Positions 26,603 to 34,680 of a stretch of DNA of 43,610 bases are shown here, one piece after another (position 1 is the stretch's first letter; the number at the start of each line of letters is the position of its first letter). The stretch spans positions 1 to 43,610 of the forward strand of contig JBGQJX010000001.1 of the NCBI GenBank assembly GCA_041499255.1, read 5' to 3'. The notes beneath the pieces were generated by a model, which was given only the letters and a program-made list of their open reading frames with translations, ran no database searches and had not been told where the DNA came from. Made by a program: the position numbers and the translations under genes. Source of the DNA: Ktedonobacteraceae bacterium. GTDB taxonomy: Bacteria > Chloroflexota > Ktedonobacteria > Ktedonobacterales > Ktedonobacteraceae.

Positions 26603-28288
26603 TTACCACAGCGGTTCTCTCCGCGGGTTTCTTGGTCGAAAATCTATTGCGCCACTAAGCTCAATCTTTGTTACCAGGGCATTGTCGTTTAGACGTGAAC
26701 GAATGCGCTCATCCAGGCCCGTCAATCCTTGCATATTTGCCGTGATCACGGTGGGAAAGCCCGAGTTGTACCGGTAATTCAGCAACTGGAAGAGTTTTTC
26801 GTTGGCCCAGGGTGAGCTTTGATGGGAACCCAGGTCATCCAGGACCAGTAACTCCGCTTCGCGCATTTTAGCAAAACGCTGATCGTACGGCTCGGTTGAG
26901 GTGGGAGAAAAGGTGGCGCGCAGGTGCGCAAGAAGTTCAGGAACTATCGTGAAGAGGACAACAGCGCCATCACTGAGATGTTTATTGGCAATTGCTGCCG
27001 CTAAATGCGTTTTGCCACAGCCGTTTGGTCCAATCAGGACGAACCAGCCAGCGGGGTTCTGTGCGAAACTCCACGCTTCGTGGAACGCTTCTTTCACTAA
27101 AGGGTGTATTCCTGAAGAGTTAATAATAAAATTTTCGAAGTTTTTATTTTGGAAAGCGCCCAGGTCAGATAGCTCAAGCAATTGCAGGCGTCTTTTTTCG
27201 CGCCTTTCAGCTTCTTTACATTCACAGGCAATAGGCTTGCCAAAGTTAGGGTGTCCATAAGGAACGTCGGCGCGCAGATAGCCGGCTCCTTTGCATTTGG
27301 AGCAGACGCTCTTCGTGGTCGTCAGCGCTGGTGTAGATACTGGTTGTAGTTGTTGTGCTTGCTCGTATGTCTCAGCCTCGCGATTCATGCTCGCGATCAC
27401 ACGCGGGTTGAGCGGTTGCGTAATACGATGATAGTACTGTGTCTCCTGCGGCAACGCCTGAGGGGCAGGCGGTTGCGTCTGGACGAAGCGCTCCTCGCGA
27501 AGATTACGTGTCAGGGGCGACCTGAACCCAGCTTCCCGTGCTGGTAGAAGGGGCGTTTCCCGCGTAACGAGCGACGAACCCGGCTGGTGTTGAGGGACTA
27601 TTCTCGCGGGTGACCAGGCAGCATCCTGTTGAGCAGAGAAGGTTGTTCCCGGATCTGTTTGAGGAGAGCGTTGCCTGCTGCCGTTGACCTCGGTTTCCCA
27701 ATCACCGTAGAGGATAGTCGCTTCTCCGTCATCCCATTCCTGCTGTACGTCTGCTGGCGGCAGGGGCGGGTATGTCTCATAGTGATCTCTAGTGATCTTG
27801 GGCGGAATCGTCTCGCGCTGGTACGGAGTAGCAGGAGAGCGAAGCTCAGCGCGAGCGGCAGTGCGCGATGGCTCTTGTGGAGATTGCTGGTCGTAGCTCG
27901 GATAACCCGGGCGGCGCTCGGTATTGCTCCGTTGCAGCATCTGATCATTGGCGGCACGTTGTGGTGGAAATTTTGGTATTTGCCTTTGTCCAGTATTGCC
28001 GTTCCCCCCATGGAAGGGCTGTTGAGGGGGCCTTCTGGAAGGCTGCGACTCCAGAGCGCCGGGTGAAAGTGGCTGACCAGGGCGCGCAGTTTGTTCAGGT
28101 AATGGAGGACGCCGGGTCAGAGACTGTTTTGGTCGCTGCTCATGAGGAACCATACCCTGCTGCGTATTACGACTCTCCTGTCCTTGCTGATGGCGTGGTG
28201 CCGTTCTTCGCATTATCTCGTTCAGGCTTTCCATTGCTGCCTGCCTTCCGTTTCCCAGCGCCTCAATATCGCGCTGATATAGCTCCAA
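26603..28288 (-). CDS. DnaC/DnaI-like helicase-loader ATPase with long Pro/Gln-rich N-terminal region
   Basis: C-terminal AAA+ domain: Walker A GPNGCGKTHLA, Walker B LLVLDDLG, preceded by a Cys cluster CSKCKGAG...CEC. The N-terminal ~330 aa are low complexity. The true start is uncertain, since the ORF overlaps the DnaD gene by 67 nt; internal ATGs are at 28234 and 28213. Confidence 0.75.
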   Translation of the reverse strand: MELYQRDIEALGNGRQAAMESLNEIMRRTAPRHQQGQESRNTQQGMVPHEQRPKQSLTRRPPLPEQTARPGQPLSPGALESQPSRRPPQQPFHGGNGNTGQRQIPKFPPQRAANDQMLQRSNTERRPGYPSYDQQSPQEPSRTAARAELRSPATPYQRETIPPKITRDHYETYPPLPPADVQQEWDDGEATILYGDWETEVNGSRQRSPQTDPGTTFSAQQDAAWSPARIVPQHQPGSSLVTRETPLLPAREAGFRSPLTRNLREERFVQTQPPAPQALPQETQYYHRITQPLNPRVIASMNREAETYEQAQQLQPVSTPALTTTKSVCSKCKGAGYLRADVPYGHPNFGKPIACECKEAERREKRRLQLLELSDLGAFQNKNFENFIINSSGIHPLVKEAFHEAWSFAQNPAGWFVLIGPNGCGKTHLAAAIANKHLSDGAVVLFTIVPELLAHLRATFSPTSTEPYDQRFAKMREAELLVLDDLGSHQSSPWANEKLFQLLNYRYNSGFPTVITANMQGLTGLDERIRSRLNDNALVTKIELSGAIDFRPRNPRREPLW

Positions 28289-28971
28289 TTTCGTTTATTG
28301 TGCTGCACTGCTTCGCGGAAAGCCGCTTCGACCCAATCTTGTGGGTACTTGTCAGCAGCATCCTTTAGATGATCAGCAATGAGCGGAGATAGTAATCCGA
28401 TATTTTGCTCATATAATACAAAAATATTAGGGCGTTCAACTTGAACCTGCACAGTGCGGCCTGTTCCAGCGCCATTGATCAGGGCCCGCGTAGCAGCGGG
28501 TAAGGACATTTCACCTTCCTGTTCGCTTTGCTCTTCCGCTACATTGAGAAGGCGCACAGGAACCATCTGGCCACCCTGTAGCTCATTGACCACTTTGCGG
28601 CTACGGGGTGTGTTAAAAAAATACCAATCAACAATCTCCGCTTGTTCGCCACCCTCACTCACTAAGCGTAAGTGTATCCGCAAAAGGGTGCCGCGTGCAA
28701 GGGCCAGTTCCAGGCCCTGTTGCAAGCGCTCTTCTGGTGGTCGCGGATCACCTCTGCGCTTGAGGCTGCGCAACAAAACCGGGTCTGCCAGCAGGTCGCT
28801 GCCGCTGACACAGCGCGGATTGCCCTGTTTTTGTGCCAGGAGCCAGAAAAGATGCAGTGTCACTTTTAATTCGGCACTGTCCTCGATCTCTGGCAAGAGT
28901 ACCGTGAAAAATACTTCAGGTATTGGCACGTATGGACTTTTCCCTGATGGGAATCCAGTGAAGCCTGTCAT
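28222..28971 (-). CDS. DnaD-domain replication protein
   Basis: C-terminal DnaD/DnaB_2 pattern YEQNIGLLSPLIADHLKDAADKYPQDWVEAAFREAVQHNKRNWSYISAILRRW. Confidence 0.8.
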   Translation of the reverse strand: MTGFTGFPSGKSPYVPIPEVFFTVLLPEIEDSAELKVTLHLFWLLAQKQGNPRCVSGSDLLADPVLLRSLKRRGDPRPPEERLQQGLELALARGTLLRIHLRLVSEGGEQAEIVDWYFFNTPRSRKVVNELQGGQMVPVRLLNVAEEQSEQEGEMSLPAATRALINGAGTGRTVQVQVERPNIFVLYEQNIGLLSPLIADHLKDAADKYPQDWVEAAFREAVQHNKRNWSYISAILRRWETEGRQQWKA

Positions 28972-29008
28972 AATAATAAGTCCAATTGTGTATTAGGTTC
29001 TTTACTCT

Positions 29009-30346
29009 TTACTCCACCGGGGGAGAGAGTTCCAGGTCATGGAAGCGGGTCTGGCTGGCTTGAAAATAAAGACTGATTTCGCCAACCGGCCCGTTGCGAT
29101 GTTTGGCGACAATAATGTCGGCGATATTTTTGCGTTCAGTTTCAGGATTATAAACATCTTCACGATAAATAAACATGACTACGTCCGAATCTTGCTCTAT
29201 ACTACCACTTTCTCTCAGGTCCGAGAGCTGCGGTATCTTCGATTGACGGCTTTCCACGGCGCGCGAAAGCTGGGCCAGCGCTAACACGGGAACGTTTAGT
29301 TCACGCGCTAACCCTTTCAGATTGCGGCTGATCTCGGAAATCTCCTGCACGCGATTCTCGTTGCGCCTGCCGCTCCCTGAGACCGACTGCATCAATTGCA
29401 GGTAGTCAACGATGATCAAATCGATGCCGTGCTCGGCCTGCAAACGCCGGGCTTTGCTGCGCATCTCTACCGTAGAGATACTGGCAGTATCATCGATCCA
29501 GATATTTGCCTCTGAAAGGGTGCCCATGGCATAAACGATGCGCTCCCACTCATCATCCTCGATCCAACCTGTGCGGAGGCGCTGCTGATCGATACCCGCG
29601 TCCATGGAAAGGAGACGCTGCACGAGTTGTTCTTTGCTCATTTCGAGGCTGAAGATGGCGACAGAGCGCTGGTGTTTAATAGCGGTATTGTGGGCCATGG
29701 TCAAGGCCATACTCGTTTTCCCAACCGCAGGCCTCGCCGCTAAAATAATCAGGTCCGACTTTTGCAGGCCGCCTGTCAGGTGATCGAGGTCGGCGAAGCC
29801 GGTGGGAACGCCGACGATGGTGCCGCGCCGTTCGTGGAGCTGGTCCAGCTTATTCATGTACGCAGAGAGGATGTCGCGCAGCAGCGAAAAGTCACTGCGC
29901 GCATGTCGCTGGCTGATGTTGAAAATCAACTGTTCAGCTTTATCCAGGGCTACGTCAGCGTCTTCCTCTTCGTAGGCAACGGCGGCAATTTGTCCAGCGG
30001 CTTCAATAAGGCGGCGTAGGATAGAGTTGCGCTCGACGATGCGCCCATAGTATTCAACGTTGCCACTGGTTGGCACCTGGTTAATGAGAGAGGTGATGTA
30101 GCTGGCTCCTCCGACAGCCTCCAGTCTGTTGCGCCGCTCAAGCTCGTCACAGATGGTAATGAAATCGGCCGGTTCGCGCTGCTCATACAGTTGGAGAATG
30201 ACCTCGTAAATAGTGCGATGGGCGTCGCGGTAGAAATCGTCTGGGAACAGAAATTCTGCCACCTGGACGATTGCCTCCGGGTCGATAATAATACTGCCAA
30301 GGACGCCGCATTCGGCCTCAATGTTTTGAGGTAATAGTTTCTCCAT
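29009..30346 (-). CDS. dnaB: replicative DNA helicase
   Basis: N-terminus PQNIEAECGVLGSII, Walker A ARPAVGKTS, Walker B IIVDYLQLM, and the RELNVPVLALAQLSR motif. Confidence 0.95.
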   Translation of the reverse strand: MEKLLPQNIEAECGVLGSIIIDPEAIVQVAEFLFPDDFYRDAHRTIYEVILQLYEQREPADFITICDELERRNRLEAVGGASYITSLINQVPTSGNVEYYGRIVERNSILRRLIEAAGQIAAVAYEEEDADVALDKAEQLIFNISQRHARSDFSLLRDILSAYMNKLDQLHERRGTIVGVPTGFADLDHLTGGLQKSDLIILAARPAVGKTSMALTMAHNTAIKHQRSVAIFSLEMSKEQLVQRLLSMDAGIDQQRLRTGWIEDDEWERIVYAMGTLSEANIWIDDTASISTVEMRSKARRLQAEHGIDLIIVDYLQLMQSVSGSGRRNENRVQEISEISRNLKGLARELNVPVLALAQLSRAVESRQSKIPQLSDLRESGSIEQDSDVVMFIYREDVYNPETERKNIADIIVAKHRNGPVGEISLYFQASQTRFHDLELSPPVE

Positions 30347-30511
30347 GTCTCCCCTATCGTTTGATGGATCCCTATCTGTCTGTTATATTAGCACATTGGT
30401 TCGACTTTTGACATATAAAAAAAGCGAAATCTTTTCTTTTCTGAAAATTGCGTGCCTGGATAGTGTACCGAATCTTTCTCTTGAAATCAATTGACGAGCA
30501 TCAACAAGCTT

Positions 30512-30655
30512 TGTGGATATGTGGATATGTCTCTTGTACCGGCGTGCTTGAAAATTGTAGCAGCGTGACATAACACGGGGTTATCCCCTACTTATCCACA
30601 AAATTGACCAGTTTATCGGTACTTATCCACGAATTTATCCACAAACATATCCACA
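30512..30655. promoter_or_regulatory. DnaA-box cluster 1 (oriC-like or DnaA-regulated dnaB promoter)
   Basis: Perfect TTATCCACA at 30592 and 30635. One-mismatch boxes at 30623 (TTATCCACG) and 30647 (ATATCCACA), plus two overlapping inverted boxes TGTGGATAT at 30512 and 30520. AT-rich tract at 30383-30480. Confidence 0.65.
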
Positions 30656-30792
30656 AAAGATGGTGAAATCAAAGGAATATTTAGCGTGTACAATGGTACC
30701 CCTACTCTGTTCAGTTCCTCGGAAATACCCTAATTTCACGTTTTCTAGAATAAAGATGATTAGCTGATACCGGCGCTTCAGGGGGTATATCT

Positions 30793-31068
30793 ATGACAGA
30801 ATGTCCGCAGTGTGGAAGTATGAACGAGGATGACGCTAAAAACTGTATTGGCTGTCGCGTCAATCTCTACTGGGCTTTTCAGCACTATGAAGAACTGGCA
30901 GCGCTGCGACGGGCAAATAAGCTGGCGCTCAGACCCGAATCGGCAGCATTTCTAGTCCAGACGAGTAAAAAGGTTGACGACGGTCCGACCGCTGGTTGGC
31001 TGCGCAATACTATCAGAAAATACGGCTTTAAGGGCGCGGGGAAAAAGGTCAGTACGACGGCAGAATGA
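30793..31068 (+). CDS. zinc-ribbon domain protein, unknown function
   Basis: N-terminal CPQCGS...NCIGC zinc ribbon. 91 aa. Confidence 0.55.
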   Translation: MTECPQCGSMNEDDAKNCIGCRVNLYWAFQHYEELAALRRANKLALRPESAAFLVQTSKKVDDGPTAGWLRNTIRKYGFKGAGKKVSTTAE

Positions 31069-31107
31069 AGTACGCGCCCGCCGCTGCCGGGCGCGTAGCT
31101 GTGGCGA

Positions 31108-32148
31108 TTATTTTACCGCGCCGGCCAGGTGAGCTTTTTGACCGGCTTCTGTAATAGGGAGCTGGTTCATACCACTCGCATTAAACCACTCAGCAGCCAG
31201 TTTAATACCTTCGCGCAGGTCTACTTTGGGTGTATAGCCCAGCTCGCGTCGAGCCTTCTCCACGCTATGACGGTTGTCGCTGCCGAACATCATAGCGCCA
31301 AGCTGCGTCACAATGGGTCTGGTACGAGTGACTCTGGTTACCACTTTTTCCGCGACAATTGCGCCATAATAAATAGGGAGATAGGGCAGGTGCAGCGTTG
31401 GTCTCACCCCGCCAACGGCGTCAGCAATAGCATCAAACATTGCTTGCTGCGCCAGAGGATGGTCGTTGGTGATGTTGTAGACGTTGCCGGGAGCATTTTC
31501 GTGATAGGCGGCGAGCAGGAACCCCTGGACTACATCGGTGACGTAGCAGAAGGGCAGGGCATTGTCTCCTCGACCGATAATAAGACCTTTGCCGTCCTTC
31601 ACTTTCTGAGCCATACGCCCGAAATGTAAGCGATCGCCCGGGCCAAAGAACGTACCTGGCCGCAAAATGACCGTTTCAACGTTGCTGGTGAGCATCAGCC
31701 GGCGCACCAGGCGATCACCTTCGGCTTTAGTAATGCTGTAGGGATCGGGATCGGGTCTCAACGGGTCGTTTTCGGTCAAGAAACGGCCATAGCCGAGGCC
31801 ATAAACAGTATGAGAACTGGTATGAACGTAGCGGCGTACGCCAGCTTTTTGGGCGGCTTTATAGAGATTCTCAGAGCCTGTGACATTGACAAGGCGATAA
31901 TCTGCCAGCGGGCGCCACACGCCCATCATTCCTGCCAGGTGAAAGATGAGGTCAACATTGCGCACGGCAGCATCCAGCGTGCTGGCATCAGTAATATCTC
32001 CGCGCACCACCTCGATTCCTTGCTTCAGCAGATTATCCGCGTTCTCGACCGGCAAGACCAGGGCGCGAATCTCTTCATCGCGCTGTAATAATTCTTTCAC
32101 CAGGTGTCCGCCAAGCAGCCCTGTGGCACCAGTAATCAGTACTTTCAT
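31108..32148 (-). CDS. NAD-dependent epimerase/dehydratase (extended SDR) family protein
   Basis: MKVLITGATGLLGGHL Rossmann motif and YSITK (YxxxK). The ATG at 32148 has an AGGAG RBS 7 nt upstream; the track start at 32193 is unlikely. Confidence 0.85.
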   Translation of the reverse strand: MKVLITGATGLLGGHLVKELLQRDEEIRALVLPVENADNLLKQGIEVVRGDITDASTLDAAVRNVDLIFHLAGMMGVWRPLADYRLVNVTGSENLYKAAQKAGVRRYVHTSSHTVYGLGYGRFLTENDPLRPDPDPYSITKAEGDRLVRRLMLTSNVETVILRPGTFFGPGDRLHFGRMAQKVKDGKGLIIGRGDNALPFCYVTDVVQGFLLAAYHENAPGNVYNITNDHPLAQQAMFDAIADAVGGVRPTLHLPYLPIYYGAIVAEKVVTRVTRTRPIVTQLGAMMFGSDNRHSVEKARRELGYTPKVDLREGIKLAAEWFNASGMNQLPITEAGQKAHLAGAVK

Positions 32149-32794
32149 AGACAATCTCCTTTCTCTTCCTTCTATCCAACGCGAGGTACGCACTTCCTTG
32201 TAGGAAACGGTCCTGAAGTACTAATTTGTTTTTAGAGGAAGAACGGTGAAATTGTCTCACAGTATCCGGCTTTTTCGTGATAAGATAAGGGAAAAGGGAA
32301 GGATATTTTTACATATGGAACAAGTTAAAGAGCAATCGCTTCAGGCCCAGAGTCATTTCCCACATCTCACCTGGCCAACATCGAAGCCCGGTCCGTGGGC
32401 TACGCAGCCACCTCCTGGGCAGAAACCGATGCCAGGAAGGACTGACCAGGTGATGGAAGTTGGCTACGACCAGGAAACTGGCACTCCCAGTACTGATAAC
32501 GCCTTACGCTCGATGCCAGATGAATCGCTGAAAGGCAGAACAGCCTTTGATCAGCAAGAGACCGCTCAAGAAACTCTGAAAAGGCGCAAGAGAAAGTAAG
32601 GCTGGTTACTCATTTAAATGTAATGCATGTTATAAGCCTGCTATGGCTTTGCCAGTCAATCATGCTGTTAGCATAGGTTTGTCGCACAACTATGCTAACA
32701 GCATGATTTTTATCTTTCATAATATGCCAATGGCCAGTATCATCTAGATAGAACAGCAAAAATGCCAGAACACTCCCAGGTGAAAGGAACAACC

Positions 32795-33775
32795 ATGAAG
32801 CTTTTGATTCTCGGCGGCACCGTCTTTTTGGGCCGTCATATCGTTGAGGCAGCATTGGCGCGCGGGCACGAGGTTACACTTTTCAATAGAGGGCAACATA
32901 ATCCCGACCTGTTTTCGGGCGTTGAGAGACTGCGAGGCGACCGCCATACCGATTTGTCTGCTTTGGAGGGCCGGCACTGGGACGCGGCCATTGATACCAG
33001 CGGCTTCGTTCCTCGAGTGGTCAACGCCTCTGCTGAGACATTGGCACGATCAGTCAATCATTACACATTTATCTCCAGCATCTCTGTCTTCGCTGATTTT
33101 ACTACAGCGGGGATGAATGAAAACGCACCCTTAGCAAAACTGGCAGACGAGAGCGTGGAAGAAGTCACCAATGAAACATACGGCGCGTTGAAGGCGCTCT
33201 GTGAGCAGGCGGCAGAGGCGTCCATGCCTGGCCGGGTGCTCGTTGTTCGTCCCGGCCTCATTGTCGGCCCTGATGATCCGACCGATCGCTTCACCTACTG
33301 GCCCTACCGCGTTTCTCAGGGGGGAGAAATGCTGGCGCCGGGGCGCGCGGACCAGCAGATACAGTTTATAGATGTGCGCGATCTCGCGGAATGGATTGTG
33401 CGCATGGTTGAAGAGGACAAGACAGGAATCTATAATGCCACAGGGCCGGATTATAAACTCACTATAGGAGAATTTCTCGAGGAGTGCAAAGCGGCGACCG
33501 GCAGTGATGTACGTTTCACGTGGGTTGGTGATACATTTGTACCCGAAGACGCGGCGAATTTTCAGCCCTGGGCGCCCGATGAATATATTGGCATCAGTAC
33601 CGTCAACTGCAACAAAGCTTTCTCCGCTGGCCTGACGTTCCGTTCTCCCCGGGAGACGGCGCGAGATACCCTCGCGTGGAAGACCGCCTGTGCCTCAAAT
33701 GGCGAGATGCGTTCGGGGCTGAAGCCAGAACAGGAGAAAGTATTGCTGGCAAAATGGCATGAAGGTGAAAAATAA
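32795..33775 (+). CDS. SDR-family NAD(P)-binding oxidoreductase/epimerase-like protein
   Basis: MKLLILGGTVFLGRHIV glycine-rich Rossmann N-terminus and YGALK (YxxxK). ATG at 32795 preferred. Confidence 0.75.
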   Translation: MKLLILGGTVFLGRHIVEAALARGHEVTLFNRGQHNPDLFSGVERLRGDRHTDLSALEGRHWDAAIDTSGFVPRVVNASAETLARSVNHYTFISSISVFADFTTAGMNENAPLAKLADESVEEVTNETYGALKALCEQAAEASMPGRVLVVRPGLIVGPDDPTDRFTYWPYRVSQGGEMLAPGRADQQIQFIDVRDLAEWIVRMVEEDKTGIYNATGPDYKLTIGEFLEECKAATGSDVRFTWVGDTFVPEDAANFQPWAPDEYIGISTVNCNKAFSAGLTFRSPRETARDTLAWKTACASNGEMRSGLKPEQEKVLLAKWHEGEK

Positions 33776-33787
33776 TTTCCTTGTAAA

Positions 33788-33827
33788 TGTGGATAACTAT
33801 GTGGACAAATGTTCTAATTGTGGATAA
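33788..33827. promoter_or_regulatory. DnaA-box cluster 2
   Basis: TGTGGATAA (perfect, 33788), TGTGGACAA (33800) and TGTGGATAA (perfect, 33819), all in the same orientation within 40 bp. Confidence 0.55.
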
Positions 33828-34046
33828 CTTTCGTAAGTTATTGTCTTTAATCTCATGAAGCCAGGCGACCACGTGGTATGATTGAACAGGAAAACCCCCT
33901 AAGGATGATATACGCTGCTGCACCGGTACCGCCCCTTCAACTGGGTGCGAGAGGATTTTGCGAACGATGGATGTAGGACGTTGGAGGAGGTGGCGAGGGT
34001 TATTTATGCGGTTTGATTGTGTTGAGCGAAGAATTACGAGTTGTAG

Positions 34047-34119
34047 CGTCGGTGGCGGGACTCGAACCCACGGCCTATTCTTTAGGAGAGAATTGCTCTA
34101 TCCACTGAGCTACACCGAC
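34047..34119 (-). tRNA. tRNA-Arg (anticodon CCU)
   Basis: Hand fold: GTCGGTG acceptor, GCTC/GAGC D-stem, ATTCT-CTCCTAA-AGAAT anticodon arm, GTGGG-TTCGAGT-CCCGC T-arm. No encoded CCA. Confidence 0.85.
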
Positions 34120-34244
34120 GTGCTGTTCTCACATCGCTAGTATAGCACGAGTGAACTGGTGTGACAAGTTTCGGTTTTCGTTTCGAGGAAAAAGGTTCGA
34201 GTCCTCTCAGCCCTACTAACCTTCCACGTAAAACCACTTCAAAC

Positions 34245-34317
34245 GGCCCTGTAGCACATCGGTATAGTGCAATCGCCTTATAAGCGATAGAACGCAGTTC
34301 AACTCTGCGCGGGGCTA
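34245..34317 (+). tRNA. tRNA with anticodon UAU (tRNA-Ile2-like)
   Basis: Hand fold: GGCCCTG/CGGGGCT acceptor (two G-U pairs), GCAC/GTGC D-stem with GG in the loop, ATCGC-CTTATAA-GCGAT anticodon arm, CGCAG-TTCAACT-CTGCG T-arm, 73 nt. Confidence 0.6.
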
Positions 34318-34680
34318 TGTCGTTGAAACCATATCTTTGTTAACCTCATTTTCTAGTTACCTTCTATGATACTTCTGTGTTGTGCCTCTAAATTCCCACA
34401 TCAATATCTCATGCAACCAAACGTAGTGCTAGATAAATTAAACTTATGTAATTTTTGTGATCTCTTTCTATTGCAATTATTGATAGATAAGTTTATACTT
34501 GAAGCGAGTATGCTTTACACCCTTTCGAATCCGTCTATCTCTTTGTCGTTTAAAGGTAGGTGGTGCTGAACCTACAATTAGCACAAACGACGAGCATGGT
34601 GTGAATTTCGCAACTATTTGGTATACAACAGTACTAGTGTAATCTTAATGTGATACAAATGGGATAGGTTACCGTTTAAT

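Noticed and set aside
27598-28368. Several 130-170-aa ORFs on both strands within the Pro/Gln-rich part of the DnaC-like gene and in the DnaD gene (also 28454-28996)
   Set aside because: The low-complexity, GC-biased region lacks stops in several frames, and there are no domains. Treated as shadow ORFs.
32246-32599. 117-aa plus ORF between the two SDR genes
   Set aside because: It is low-complexity, Pro/Gln/Thr-rich, with no convincing RBS or motif. It may be a real disordered protein, but I cannot support it.
33958-34140. 60-aa ORF overlapping tRNA-Arg
   Set aside because: It is antisense to a well-folding tRNA gene. Judged spurious.
34186-34228. tRNA-like T-arm/acceptor fragment (GGTTCGAGTCC...)
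   Set aside because: No matching 5' acceptor strand or anticodon arm can be folded, so it is not a tRNA gene. Kept only as a possible att remnant in the island-boundary finding.
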